A stretch of 64,000 nucleotides of DNA. Origin: Candidatus Nanopelagicales bacterium (GTDB lineage Bacteria; Actinomycetota; Actinomycetes; S36-B12). Of the stretch, positions 10,443 to 20,744 are shown in pieces. Each line of letters opens with the position of its first letter. The stretch's first letter is position 1. A program made the translations under genes and the position numbers. The stretch covers positions 7,506 to 71,505 of the forward strand of contig JAFMCP010000002.1 in NCBI GenBank assembly GCA_017857705.1, written 5' to 3'. The notes under the pieces were generated by a model, which worked only from the letters and a program-made list of their open reading frames with translations, had not been told where the DNA came from and searched no databases.

Positions 10443-12182
10443 TCAGCCCCCCGAAAGTGCTTCATGCACTGCCTGTGCAATGTGCACAAGAATTTCACTC
10501 TCCCGAACTCGGTCAACGCTCGTGGCGGTTATTACATGCAAGCCACCGTCAATCGCCGTGTCGAGCGCCTCGGCCAATTCGTCTTCGCTCGTGACGGTTA
10601 CGGCATTGGCCCGGAGCGAGGTGGCGACAAGGGTCGGATCAATATCGAGTGGCACTCCAAAGACCTGATCAAAATATTTCGCATATTGCGGTGCACCTTG
10701 CTCCAAATTTGAAAAAATTCCCCCACCGTTGTTGTCAATGACAACAATCACAAGATTAATTTTTCCTTCAGTTGGTGGGATTAAAAGAGCATTGGTGTCG
10801 TAGAGGAAAGACTGGTCACCAACTAAAGCGACTACGCATCCATCACCTTCGACCGTTGCGCTGATCGCTACCCCGGTCGCAGTGGAAACGCAGCCGTCAA
10901 TCCCGGAAACTCCCCTATTTCCTAAAATGGCCGAATCGGTAACACTGGTAGCCGCAAATGAAGCGACATGTCTAACCGCTGACGAGGCTCCCAGGAAAAG
11001 AGTTCCGGCTTCAGGCAATAGCTGAGTTACAACTCGAGCTATCTGCATCCCGGTGAGTTCTTCAGGATTGAGTACCGTCTCAATCGCGGCCGCAGCCAAA
11101 ATATCGGCCCGTTGCCACTCCTCCAACCATTCACCGTCAACTTCACACTCTTCCGGTGGAAGGGGGACAGCAGCAATGACTAGGTCTGCGCTACGAGTTG
11201 GGTCGGCGAAATGCGCATGGCTATCAACCGCAATGTGGATCCCGGCCGACTCGATGAGCTTTAGCACACCTCGAGACAAACCTACTTTTCCAATTGTGAG
11301 TACCAATTCAGGAATGTGTGTTTCGCGAAATGAAGAATCCGACGCAAGTAAGTGACCATGTGAGAGGGTCAGATCAGCCCGACTCAGGTTGGCACTGGGT
11401 TCAGCGATTATTGGCCAACCGATTACGTCACTGAGTTCGTCAATCATGTCAATGAAGTCCGTGTCGTTGTGGTCCCCAACCACGATCAATCCACGCGCGG
11501 GCACAACGCCGTCTTCGTCAAGAAAAGTCATTATTTCATCAAGGGGTGAACTCACGGCGGCAAGTAACCGGGCATCGGCAACCCAAGGACGTCCGTCAGG
11601 GCGACCGTCCAAATCTTCACTCCACATGTCGTCGGATTCACCCACCAGTGGGGCGGCGAAGGGGATATTGAGATGGACTGGGCCAGGACTCACAGAGTCG
11701 GTTGCAATCCCAACAGCGCGTGAGATTTCTGAGCGCCAGTACTTCACTTGACCCTCTGCCGTTGTTGCGGTTGCAAGATCAACGCTGGATCGAACATGTG
11801 GTCCGAATATTGCCATCTGCGAAATGGTTTGATTTGCACCAATCCCACGCAATTGCGGGGGTCGATCGGCGGTCAAGAGCAGCATGGGTACGTAGGAGTG
11901 ATCGGCTTCGATAACCGCAGGGAGCAAATTAGCAACTGCGCTCCCAGATGTTGTTACGACCGCAGCTGGTATTCCTGTTGCCTTACCCAAACCCAATGCA
12001 ACAAATGCGGCAACTCTCTCATCAAGGCGCACATGTAATCGAAGTTCGAGTCGAGCATGCGCTCCCGCAAGTTCCAATGCGAGGGGCGCACTGCGAGAGC
12101 CGGGGGAAAGTACAACGTCTGTGATACCGCATCGAATGAGTTCGTCGACCATCACTTTGGCTTGGGCGACCGATGGCTCCAT
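10443..12182 (-). CDS. menD: SEPHCHC synthase (2-succinyl-5-enolpyruvyl-6-hydroxy-3-cyclohexene-1-carboxylate synthase)
   Basis: 579 aa. ThDP enzyme motifs GSRSAPL and GDQSFLYDTNAL. Sits in men context. Confidence 0.9.
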   Translation of the reverse strand: MEPSVAQAKVMVDELIRCGITDVVLSPGSRSAPLALELAGAHARLELRLHVRLDERVAAFVALGLGKATGIPAAVVTTSGSAVANLLPAVIEADHSYVPMLLLTADRPPQLRGIGANQTISQMAIFGPHVRSSVDLATATTAEGQVKYWRSEISRAVGIATDSVSPGPVHLNIPFAAPLVGESDDMWSEDLDGRPDGRPWVADARLLAAVSSPLDEIMTFLDEDGVVPARGLIVVGDHNDTDFIDMIDELSDVIGWPIIAEPSANLSRADLTLSHGHLLASDSSFRETHIPELVLTIGKVGLSRGVLKLIESAGIHIAVDSHAHFADPTRSADLVIAAVPLPPEECEVDGEWLEEWQRADILAAAAIETVLNPEELTGMQIARVVTQLLPEAGTLFLGASSAVRHVASFAATSVTDSAILGNRGVSGIDGCVSTATGVAISATVEGDGCVVALVGDQSFLYDTNALLIPPTEGKINLVIVVIDNNGGGIFSNLEQGAPQYAKYFDQVFGVPLDIDPTLVATSLRANAVTVTSEDELAEALDTAIDGGLHVITATSVDRVRESEILVHIAQAVHEALSGG

Positions 12183-12186
12183 GTCC

Positions 12187-13188
12187 CTAGCCTTGCATAC
12201 TCCGATTGTCTATCCCCAAGGACGCGAGTACAGCGACCGGGATTAAAGCCCAAGCACGAGCAATCCGCTTCTCCCACAACCCTTGCTGATCGGGTGAGAG
12301 ACCAGATTCGCTGATTTTCTCCCTGCTCGGTTCATAACGCTTGACCAAGATACGACCAAGATGGGGGACCACGGGTTCGCCGGTCAGATCCGTTGCCAAG
12401 AGCATGCCGGTACCGAGCCCGGCAACTTCATGAGGAGCAAATGTGTGAGCCGCCAATAGTGATGCACTCAGGCCAACACTGGATTCAAGTGCGCCACTAA
12501 TTCGAACCGGTACGTCCAATTTCTCAATCAACTCCTCTATCGCATTAATGCCACCCAGCGGGGAAACTTTAATAATTGCTAAATCAGCGAAATCGCTTAT
12601 TTGATACTGGCCGTCAACTCGAATACTTTCATCGAGGGCAATAGGAACATTAATTTTTCGATGAAGCTCTCTCAGTTCTGACACCGATTGACATGGTTGT
12701 TCAATGTATTCAATCAACGCGCAATTCAATTCGGACAAGGTGTCTTTTGCTTGTGGAACACTCCAGCGCCCATTGGCATCTAGGCGAATTCGTAAGTCAC
12801 CCAGCTTCTGTGCCTCGCTATAGGCACGAACAATTCCCTCGAAACGTTTCACGTCACTGGCCACGTCAAGGCCCACCTTGATCTTGACGGTAGTACAACC
12901 GAATACCTCGAGCGCTCGAATGCTTGCCCGATAGGGGTCTTCATTGTCACCGATGATCGCGTTAACACCGATGCTTGTATCTTTCGGATAATCAAAAAGT
13001 ACAAACGCTGATTCCAAAGCGGCCCTGAGCCAGAGGGAATCCTGTTCAGGCGTGTAGTTGGGAAATGGGCTGAATTCACCCCAGCCAGCGGGGCCTTGCA
13101 ACAAAACTCCTTCACGTGTATTCAATCCCCGAAACTTCTCCCGTAACGTCAACGAAAAGAATTCCAGTTGGGGGAATGCAGACACCAT
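12187..13188 (-). CDS. menC: o-Succinylbenzoate synthase
   Basis: Enolase-superfamily motifs KIKVG, RLDANGRW, YIEQPC, ALDESI. I chose the start at MVSAFPQLE (ATG 13188, 13 nt after the menB stop) rather than the ORF-track start at 13257. Confidence 0.85.
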   Translation of the reverse strand: MVSAFPQLEFFSLTLREKFRGLNTREGVLLQGPAGWGEFSPFPNYTPEQDSLWLRAALESAFVLFDYPKDTSIGVNAIIGDNEDPYRASIRALEVFGCTTVKIKVGLDVASDVKRFEGIVRAYSEAQKLGDLRIRLDANGRWSVPQAKDTLSELNCALIEYIEQPCQSVSELRELHRKINVPIALDESIRVDGQYQISDFADLAIIKVSPLGGINAIEELIEKLDVPVRISGALESSVGLSASLLAAHTFAPHEVAGLGTGMLLATDLTGEPVVPHLGRILVKRYEPSREKISESGLSPDQQGLWEKRIARAWALIPVAVLASLGIDNRSMQG

Positions 13189-13201
13189 CGTTATTAAGTT
13201 C

Positions 13202-14134
13202 TTATGGCCGTTTGGGGAATCGACTGAAATCGGGTTCGCGTTTTTCCTTGAAGGCATCGCGGCCTTCTTGGGCTTCCTCTGTCATATAGAAAAGCAGAGT
13301 CGAATCCCCTGCTAATTGTTGTACTCCGGCGAGGCCATCGTCGACCGCATTGTGTGAGGCCTTAAGCATGCGCAATGCCAGTGGTGACATCGTCAGAATC
13401 TTGGCTGCGAGATCGCAGGTAGCAATCTCTAGATCCTCAATCGGAACGACTTCATTCACTAAACCCCAGTCGTAGGCTTGCTCCGCGCCATATTGATTGC
13501 AGGTGTACCAAACTTCACGTGAGCGCTTCTGCCCAACAATCCTTGCGAGCAATCCTGAGCCGTATCCCCCATCGAATGATCCGACCCGTGGTCCTGTTTG
13601 ACCAAAACGTGCATTGTCAGCGGCAACAGTGAGATCGCACACCACGTTCAGCACGTTGCCACCACCGATCGAAAAACCTGCCACCATCGCTATTACCGGC
13701 TTGGGCAATCGGCGAATCTGCACTTGCAGATCTAGGACGTTCAGGCGCCCAATTCCTTTAGAGGCAACTTCGTCGTCACCCATATATCCATCATTGCCCC
13801 GAATAACTTGGTCCCCACCAGAGCAAAAGGCAAGATCACCTTGGCCGGCCAAGATAATGACACCGACGCGGTCGTCATCGCGGGCAGCATTAAAAGCGTC
13901 ACTTAGTTCAAACAGGGTCTGGGGTCTAAAGGCATTTCGCTTTTCCGGACGACAAATCGTTATTTTTGCGATGCCCTGGTGAGCGCCGGTGCCAAGTCCA
14001 TAGGTGATATCGGTGAAATCTCCGAAGAATTCCCATTCACAGGCCGGTGTACTAGACGAGTGTGATGGATCAGTCCATACCGGTGAATCTGCTGGGGCGA
14101 CAGGCGGCAATTCATAACGTTTTCGAGTGTCCAT
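13202..14134 (-). CDS. menB: 1,4-Dihydroxy-2-naphthoyl-CoA synthase
   Basis: 310 aa. Crotonase fold with the AFCSGGDQ motif. Confidence 0.95.
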   Translation of the reverse strand: MDTRKRYELPPVAPADSPVWTDPSHSSSTPACEWEFFGDFTDITYGLGTGAHQGIAKITICRPEKRNAFRPQTLFELSDAFNAARDDDRVGVIILAGQGDLAFCSGGDQVIRGNDGYMGDDEVASKGIGRLNVLDLQVQIRRLPKPVIAMVAGFSIGGGNVLNVVCDLTVAADNARFGQTGPRVGSFDGGYGSGLLARIVGQKRSREVWYTCNQYGAEQAYDWGLVNEVVPIEDLEIATCDLAAKILTMSPLALRMLKASHNAVDDGLAGVQQLAGDSTLLFYMTEEAQEGRDAFKEKREPDFSRFPKRP

Positions 14135-14169
14135 GTCCTGAGATTACCGGCATCTTCTACTCTCGCATC

Positions 14170-15351
14170 GTGGCCGACTCAACTAACAGCAAAATTGAAC
14201 TTACTGAGATTGCTCCGGGCAGTTCCGGTGTGAAAGCAGCGTTCGACGCCCTTAACGCTGCCCTTAGTAGCAATAGGGTTTTCGCACCTATTCCGCAACA
14301 GAGCCGCCATTACTCGCAACACCAGATAAGTGCCATCCGAGCAGCAATCAATCCCGATGCTCCTTGTCAAAGTGAAAGCGTCGCCATTTTGACAACCTCG
14401 GGATCCACCGGGAACCCCCGAGGAGTTGAACTCAGCGCAACCCAACTGGGCGCCATGAATGAATATGTTAATTCGGGTGCGGCCATCGGAGCCTTGCTCG
14501 ATGCACGCCCTCGCTGGGTTTGCGCATTGCCCGTAACTTCTATCGCTGGCGTTAACGTCCTATCTCGCTCGATTGCCGCGGGAACCGTGCCGGTCGCCTT
14601 GGAAAGCGTTGCAGGTGGCTCAATTTTCGATCCTGATGAATTCGCACATGTAGTCGCAAAGCTCACAAACGAACCCATCTTTGTATCACTCGTTCCAACT
14701 CAACTGAGACGACTGCTGAGCTCACAGGCCGGCGCTCACGCACTCAACGAGTGCGCGGCCATTTTGATTGGCGGTGGCCCAACCCCCACAAATGACTTCT
14801 TGCAGGCCCAAGACCTGGGTCTTAACATCACGTACACATACGGCATGACCGAGAGTGCTGGTGGGTGTTTTTTTAGCGGAGTAAGCGGCCCGGGAGCCGA
14901 CTTCACTCTCGATCCAGATAACTCCCGAATCACCATTCACGGACCGAGTATTGCGCAGGGTTACCGACCAACAGAAACAACAGCATTCATGCCTTTCAAT
15001 GGCTCGTTTACTACGGATGATTACGCCAACGTGAATTCCCTTGGCAAATTAGAAATTCTCGGCAGACTCGATGACATTGTGCTGATCAACGGAGTAAATG
15101 TTTCTCGAATGGCAATTGTCAAGATCATCGAAACTAATTCCGCCATACATAGTTGCTTCGTGCTTCCTAATTTGACGGCACTGGTGGTTGCTGAAACAAC
15201 CGAATTTGAAAATATATCGGCCGATATCCGCGCCCAAATCGCGTTACAGCTTGGGTCCATCGCGATCCCTACTTTTCGTGTTGTTTCTCAACTGCCAACA
15301 TTGCCAAATGGCAAACTCGATCAGGTCACAATCATGAACCTCTACGGTTGA
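14170..15351 (+). CDS. menE: o-Succinylbenzoate-CoA ligase
   Basis: AMP-binding motifs TSGSTGNPRGV, YGMTES and PNGKLD (A10 lysine). The start is uncertain: the ORF track begins at 14062, inside menB, and I favour GTG 14170. Confidence 0.8.
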   Translation: MADSTNSKIELTEIAPGSSGVKAAFDALNAALSSNRVFAPIPQQSRHYSQHQISAIRAAINPDAPCQSESVAILTTSGSTGNPRGVELSATQLGAMNEYVNSGAAIGALLDARPRWVCALPVTSIAGVNVLSRSIAAGTVPVALESVAGGSIFDPDEFAHVVAKLTNEPIFVSLVPTQLRRLLSSQAGAHALNECAAILIGGGPTPTNDFLQAQDLGLNITYTYGMTESAGGCFFSGVSGPGADFTLDPDNSRITIHGPSIAQGYRPTETTAFMPFNGSFTTDDYANVNSLGKLEILGRLDDIVLINGVNVSRMAIVKIIETNSAIHSCFVLPNLTALVVAETTEFENISADIRAQIALQLGSIAIPTFRVVSQLPTLPNGKLDQVTIMNLYG

Positions 15352-15354
15352 CCC

Positions 15355-16227
15355 ATGGCCACCACGAGTGAATGGATACAAGGCGCAAGGCCGCGGACAC
15401 TTCCCGCTGCAATCGCGCCTGTTTTAGTGGGTACCGGAATCGCGCAGAATTCTGATTCATTGAACATAGGTCGAGCGCTTTTGGCCCTTGTCGTTGCACT
15501 TGCCTTGCAAGCCGGAGTGAATTTTGCGAATGACTACAGTGATGGGATTCGTGGTACTGACCACGTACGCGTGGGTCCAGTTCGACTTGTCGGACAGGGG
15601 CTGGCCAAACCTCATCTAGTCAAACGTGCCGCATTTCTTATGTTCGCGATCGCCATGGCTAGTGGCTTCACACTGGTTCTCCTGACACAAGCTTGGTGGC
15701 TGCTCATCGTCGGTGCTGCAAGCGTTGCAGCCGCTTGGTTTTACACGGGTGGATCGCGACCATACGGCTATGCTGGATTTGGCGAGCTATTCGTCTTCAT
15801 CTTCTTTGGAATTGTTCCCGTCATGGGTACCGCTTATGTTCAAACACTTGAACTTACGGTCGGTTCCTTCATCGCATCAATTGGTGTGGGTACTCTGGCC
15901 TGTTCAATTTTGATCGCAAATAATTTGAGGGATATACCGGGGGACGCGGAATTCGGAAAACGCACACTTGCCGTTCGACTAGGTGATAAACGAACTCGAA
16001 CGCTCTATACCTTTTCTATTATTTTGGCCTTTGTGGTGCCCGCAGTCCTGGTGATTCCATTTGGACCATGGGCTTTACTCGGCTTCGCAGCTATTCCTTG
16101 GGTATTTCTGCCGATCAAGTTAGTTCGTCGAGGTTCCCGCGGGCCCGCCCTGATCCCCGTCCTCAAGGCCAGCGGGATTCTCCTGTTGATCTATGGCGTC
16201 ATGTTGGGCTTGGGGCTCAGCATCTAG
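15355..16227 (+). CDS. menA: 1,4-Dihydroxy-2-naphthoate polyprenyltransferase
   Basis: 290 aa polytopic membrane protein with the UbiA-family NFANDYSDGIRGTD motif. Confidence 0.9.
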   Translation: MATTSEWIQGARPRTLPAAIAPVLVGTGIAQNSDSLNIGRALLALVVALALQAGVNFANDYSDGIRGTDHVRVGPVRLVGQGLAKPHLVKRAAFLMFAIAMASGFTLVLLTQAWWLLIVGAASVAAAWFYTGGSRPYGYAGFGELFVFIFFGIVPVMGTAYVQTLELTVGSFIASIGVGTLACSILIANNLRDIPGDAEFGKRTLAVRLGDKRTRTLYTFSIILAFVVPAVLVIPFGPWALLGFAAIPWVFLPIKLVRRGSRGPALIPVLKASGILLLIYGVMLGLGLSI

Positions 16228-16479
16228 GTAATCTTCTTTGGCCGCGGAGGCATCGATTCTCTCATTTAGCCTACGGAAAAAACCAAACATAGACTCACTC
16301 ATGGCATCTCGTTGCTTGCTAAGAAATAGGATGCTGAAAAGCGCTGAGATCAAAAGAGCCAAGGCCACTGCCAGTAGTCCTCGAAGGGGCGTGAATAACT
16401 GGAGCGCCAGCCACACTAGTACCACCAGGGCTAACCTGATTGTGGTGTAACTCACCCAGGCAACCGACTTGTTCTTCAC
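16120..16479 (-). CDS. Small two-TM membrane protein (DUF4229-like) with an acidic tail
   Basis: 119 aa. Two hydrophobic helices followed by a D/E/Q-rich tail. Proteins of this kind flank menA and ccsA in other Actinobacteria (from memory). The 3' 108 nt overlap the menA 3' end convergently. Confidence 0.55.
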   Translation of the reverse strand: MKNKSVAWVSYTTIRLALVVLVWLALQLFTPLRGLLAVALALLISALFSILFLSKQRDAMSESMFGFFRRLNERIDASAAKEDYLDAEPQAQHDAIDQQENPAGLEDGDQGGPAGTSTN

Positions 16480-16565
16480 GCTGCCACGCTACCCCGACGC
16501 GGATCGAGATCATGGCGTACCCTTAGGTTTCACAGTCTTCGATTTTCACTTACGCAAGGAGGGTC

Positions 16566-16871
16566 ATGATCAGGGTAGCGGGCGTTCTCCTCGCAATTGC
16601 TTTCTATATTTACTCGATTATTGACGTCCTGCGGAGCCCCAAGAGTCAAACACGAACACTTCCCAAGTATGTCTGGCTAATAATCGTCATCGTACTTCCG
16701 ATTCTTGGAGGGCTATTTTGGTTAGTCCTAGGCAAAGTGTGGCCCGCAGGAGGCATGAACCGGAAAAAATCAGGTCCTGGGGCTCCCGATGACGATCCTA
16801 AATTCCTCCGCAAACTTGATGACGACGTTTGGGTGGACAAAATGCGCAAGCGGCGCGAACAAAACCCATAG
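16566..16871 (+). CDS. PLD nuclease N-terminal domain (PLDc_N) small membrane protein
   Basis: 101 aa. Two TM segments with LPKYVWLIIVIVLPILGGLFWLVLG, then a basic/acidic tail. Confidence 0.6.
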   Translation: MIRVAGVLLAIAFYIYSIIDVLRSPKSQTRTLPKYVWLIIVIVLPILGGLFWLVLGKVWPAGGMNRKKSGPGAPDDDPKFLRKLDDDVWVDKMRKRREQNP

Positions 16872-16896
16872 CCGTACCACAACACCATAAGTTCTT

Positions 16897-17844
16897 TTAA
16901 ACGCCCGCGTAACTGTGCAAACTATTGATGAAGATGTTCACGCCAAAGTAGTTGATCAAAAAGGCTAGCCAACCAACTATCGCAATCACAGAAGCTTTTT
17001 GGTGTTTCCATCCCGCTGTTGAGCGAGCATGCAAATAGGCCGCAAAAATCACCCAAGTGATAAAGGCCCAAGTCTCCTTTGGGTCCCAGCCCCAGTAACG
17101 ACCCCAAGCATTCTCAGCCCAAATAGCCCCTGCAACAACCGCAAAGGTCCAGATGGGGAATGAAAAAGCAATAACTTTGTGGGTGAGTCCTTCAAGTTTT
17201 TCACGTGATGGTAGTTGCGTGAACCAACCCTTACCCGATATGAGAGACAATCCCGCTGTTGCTGCACCCACCGTAAACGCTCCACCGCCGACTATCGCCG
17301 CAAATACATGGATAACGAGCCAGTAGGACTTCAACGCGGGTACAAGTTGGGCGGACTCAGTGTAGAGAACCGTCACTGCTAATCCGAGAGTGAGCAGCGT
17401 TGGAATCGTTACGAAGAGCCCCAGCCAGCGCAAGTCTCGCTGGGTTGACCACACAAGGAAAACTAACAAAATACCTAACGCCGAGGAGATCGAAAACTCG
17501 TACATGTTGCCCCAGGGAACCCGGCCTGCCCAGATTCCACGAAGAATGACCCCAACGAGCAACATCGCCCCGGCCAACCAGGTGAGGGACATTCCAATGT
17601 TGGCAGCGCGGCGACCTGGATCAAGCTCGGCAAGAGAGCCCTCGGATTCACGCACCTCTGATCCACTGGATTCGACGAGCACCCTGCGTGGAGACACTTC
17701 TACCCGCCGCACTCGCCTGCGCCCCGCCGCAAATGACACCGAGAAAGAAATAGTTGCTATGAAAAGAATCACCATGGTTGCATAGATAAAATTATTACTA
17801 GCATCCGCTAATTGCACTAATTCGACGCTGTTCATAAAGTCCAT
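16897..17844 (-). CDS. ccsA: Cytochrome c biogenesis protein CcsA/ResC (System II heme handling)
   Basis: 315 aa polytopic protein with the Trp-rich heme motif WGRYWGWDPKETWAFITW. Confidence 0.9.
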   Translation of the reverse strand: MDFMNSVELVQLADASNNFIYATMVILFIATISFSVSFAAGRRRVRRVEVSPRRVLVESSGSEVRESEGSLAELDPGRRAANIGMSLTWLAGAMLLVGVILRGIWAGRVPWGNMYEFSISSALGILLVFLVWSTQRDLRWLGLFVTIPTLLTLGLAVTVLYTESAQLVPALKSYWLVIHVFAAIVGGGAFTVGAATAGLSLISGKGWFTQLPSREKLEGLTHKVIAFSFPIWTFAVVAGAIWAENAWGRYWGWDPKETWAFITWVIFAAYLHARSTAGWKHQKASVIAIVGWLAFLINYFGVNIFINSLHSYAGV

Positions 17845-19409
17845 TAAGCGGTCTGCCCTTTCAAAGTTTCGACAATATTGTCAACCTGCTCGATCGCATC
17901 ATGCCCGGAAGCCTTTGCAATGCCAGCGACCTCAACCTTAACTCTGCCAACTTTAACCGTGCCTGATGAACCTTGCTCGGTAACCTGATCCACCTCGACA
18001 ACCTGACCTATTTTGACCCAGACCCTGCGGCGTTGAATAAACAGACTCAAGCTCAGCCCCACTATTGCCAGTATTGAGGCGATCAAGGCTAATTCCTTAC
18101 CAGGATCGGAGGCAATCTGAAAAGAGGCCCATCGCTCATACCCCGTTAATTCGATACTGCCAGCCCCTTCGGGTAAGCGCCAAGTCTGTCCAACTTGTAA
18201 GGACTCGAGCCCTAATTGGGTCATATCATCGACATTGAGGGTGTAAACGCTCTGCGATATTCCGCTATCCAGCCCCAAGTTACCTGCCCAAGCACCAAAG
18301 AAGACCGAAACGTCGTCGGGTGCCGGGAAAATCGAGTGTGGTCCGAGTTCCTCGGTGATAGCACTAGTCGGCAAAAATAGTCCTCGGAATCCCAATTGCG
18401 GTTCTGAATCAGGGACTTTGACCACGCCGGTTGATGTGAAGTTTCCATCCTGTGGCAAGAAGACGACCGGGTCATCGAGTACGACTTGCCCCTTCGAATC
18501 ACGAACGATTAAGTGGGGGGCATATCCGTGACCCACCAAAAACACTTTGGCTGAATCAATCACGAGTGGTTCGTTGACCTCCACCAGGTGCGTTGTGGAA
18601 CCTTCAACGCCGGGTCGATCGACAATCATTTTTGCTTCAAAGAGTCGTGGAGCTCCCTCTTGGGCATTACCGCGTTCAAACTCGACATTGAAACTTTCGA
18701 GTGTGAACGAAAATTCGGGAAGACTCTCAGCCGATGACAGACGGCCTCCGCCCCAGGCGTCGTATTGGGTGAGTGTGTTGGAAAAACCTTCACCTTCACG
18801 AACGATCACGTTCCCCCGCCAGCCAAAGAGTCCACCGACTGCGACACCAACCAGAATTAGGATCAGTGAGAAATGGAATACAAGGTTTCCTGTTTCGCGT
18901 AGATATCCTTTCTCAGCGGAAACCCACCGGCTGCCGTCGGCATCCTGACCGATCACGGTTCGCCAATGATCCTTTTTGAGTAACTCGCGAGCATTCTCAA
19001 TTACAGTTGCGACCTCACCTTCGATCTCAAAAGTGCTTCCACCCAATCGAGAAAGATTCTTTGGCGCGGGCGGTGGCTGCGAACGCATTGCTCGCCAGTG
19101 CACTCCTAGCCTTGGAACAACGCATCCGATGAGTGAGATGAACAGCAGGATGTAAACAGCCGAGTACCACGGCGAACCGAACACATCAAAGAGCCCAATT
19201 GAATCAAAGATCGGACCGAGTCTGGGGTAGTCGGCAATCCACTGGTCAACCAGAATCGGGTTCGTCCCCCGCTGGGGAAAGTAGGACCCGGGAATGCTCA
19301 CGATCGCCAGCAGAAACAGCAGAATAAGGGCAGTCTTCATGCTGGTCAGTTGCCGCCAAAGCCACCGCAAAAATCCGCGCTGGGACATTGGGGGCAGGGT
19401 TGTGCTCAC
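17844..19409 (-). CDS. resB: Cytochrome c biogenesis protein ResB/CcsB
   Basis: 521 aa. N-terminal TM segments plus a large extracytoplasmic domain. 1-nt overlaps with ccsA and ccdA. Confidence 0.85.
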   Translation of the reverse strand: MSTTLPPMSQRGFLRWLWRQLTSMKTALILLFLLAIVSIPGSYFPQRGTNPILVDQWIADYPRLGPIFDSIGLFDVFGSPWYSAVYILLFISLIGCVVPRLGVHWRAMRSQPPPAPKNLSRLGGSTFEIEGEVATVIENARELLKKDHWRTVIGQDADGSRWVSAEKGYLRETGNLVFHFSLILILVGVAVGGLFGWRGNVIVREGEGFSNTLTQYDAWGGGRLSSAESLPEFSFTLESFNVEFERGNAQEGAPRLFEAKMIVDRPGVEGSTTHLVEVNEPLVIDSAKVFLVGHGYAPHLIVRDSKGQVVLDDPVVFLPQDGNFTSTGVVKVPDSEPQLGFRGLFLPTSAITEELGPHSIFPAPDDVSVFFGAWAGNLGLDSGISQSVYTLNVDDMTQLGLESLQVGQTWRLPEGAGSIELTGYERWASFQIASDPGKELALIASILAIVGLSLSLFIQRRRVWVKIGQVVEVDQVTEQGSSGTVKVGRVKVEVAGIAKASGHDAIEQVDNIVETLKGQTA

Positions 19410-20185
19410 TAGATCACCGTCTCAAATCCAGGTAATGTCACTCGAAGCCAGATCGTGAATTCGGTCCAAGCACCTGTCACCAAGAGCAGGCCGACAATCA
19501 CCAACATGGCGCCGCCAATTCTCATGATCGCAAGGTTATGTGTTCTAAGGAATTTCAGCGCCCGCGCGGTGCGAGTGAAAAGCAAACCAATCAGAATGAA
19601 TGGCAATCCCAATCCAAGTGAGTACACCAACGAGAGAAGAGCCCCTCTGGCTGCACTCGCCTCGGTGAATGCCAGAGTCTGAACGGCCGCAAGTGTTGGA
19701 CCGATGCAGGGTGTCCAGCCGATTCCAAAAGCAATTCCTAAAACAGGTGCACCGGCAACACCCCATCTAGGCACATGGTGGAATCGATACTCGCGTTGTA
19801 GCCCGGGAATCAGCCCCATAAAAGCCAAACCCATGGCAATTACCAGGACTCCGAGAATGCGATTAATCCAGTCGGAATACTCCAACAAGAGTGAGCCAAT
19901 ACCACCGAATAGCGCGCCATAGGAGACAAAAACCACGCTGAAGCCAAGAACAAAAAGAACACTTCCCAGCAAAACGCGGCCTTTACGCCCCTCGCTGAGT
20001 TCGGCGCCCGTCAGTCCGGTTATGTAACTGATGTAACCCGGGGCCAGGGGCAGCACGCAGGGACTAAGAAACGCTAGTACACCTGCGGCAAAGGCGATCA
20101 AAGCTGCAAGCAGTAGCGAACCGCTGGTAACGACAGTAGAAATGCTATCCACTTGAGGTGCCCGGCTCTTCCAAGAGCGGCTCAA
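19409..20185 (-). CDS. ccdA: Cytochrome c biogenesis thiol-disulfide transporter CcdA
   Basis: Polytopic protein with the LSPCVLPLAPGY and GWTPCIGP motifs. The start may be internal, because the ORF overlaps resA by 41 nt. Confidence 0.85.
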   Translation of the reverse strand: MSRSWKSRAPQVDSISTVVTSGSLLLAALIAFAAGVLAFLSPCVLPLAPGYISYITGLTGAELSEGRKGRVLLGSVLFVLGFSVVFVSYGALFGGIGSLLLEYSDWINRILGVLVIAMGLAFMGLIPGLQREYRFHHVPRWGVAGAPVLGIAFGIGWTPCIGPTLAAVQTLAFTEASAARGALLSLVYSLGLGLPFILIGLLFTRTARALKFLRTHNLAIMRIGGAMLVIVGLLLVTGAWTEFTIWLRVTLPGFETVI

Positions 20186-20735
20186 TCATCGCCCGCAATG
20201 TTGCTGCGGTCACGGTACCGAGCGCCCTAGCCGCCACCCCGCCCTGCTGATCAATGACAATTGTTGAAGGGATCGCCTGAGGAGGCAGTGAATCATTAAA
20301 AAGTAATTGGATTCGACCGTCAGTGTCAACTAGGGATGGATACGTCACGCCGTAATTCCGGGTGAAAGCTTGCGCGGCGGCCTGTGAATCACGGGTATTA
20401 AGCCCGATGAATTGCACCCCCTTGCCATCGAATTGGGTTGCAACCTCCTCCAAGGCACCGGCTTCAGCCCGACACGGAGCACACCACGAGGCCCAAACGT
20501 TGAGAACTACAACCTGACCGGAGAAGTCGGAGAGAGCCAATGGTTCACCATTGAGATCAACACCAACCGCGCTAGGTGCAATTTGACGTTGTGCCGGCTC
20601 AAGAATTGTCACTGAGCCATCACCCGAAACGAAACCCGCTCCCGTCTCGGGAGCGCTCGAACATGCGCTCAGGCCCAGCACTAAAAAGATCACAACCGGC
20701 ACAAAGAGCGAAGTCGAGCGAGGAAGAACGCGCAT
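20145..20735 (-). CDS. resA: TlpA/ResA-family thiol-disulfide oxidoreductase lipoprotein
   Basis: 196 aa. Lipobox LGLSAC and thioredoxin motif WASWCAPCRAE. Confidence 0.85.
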   Translation of the reverse strand: MRVLPRSTSLFVPVVIFLVLGLSACSSAPETGAGFVSGDGSVTILEPAQRQIAPSAVGVDLNGEPLALSDFSGQVVVLNVWASWCAPCRAEAGALEEVATQFDGKGVQFIGLNTRDSQAAAQAFTRNYGVTYPSLVDTDGRIQLLFNDSLPPQAIPSTIVIDQQGGVAARALGTVTAATLRAMIEPLLEEPGTSSG

Positions 20736-20744
20736 GGTTACATG

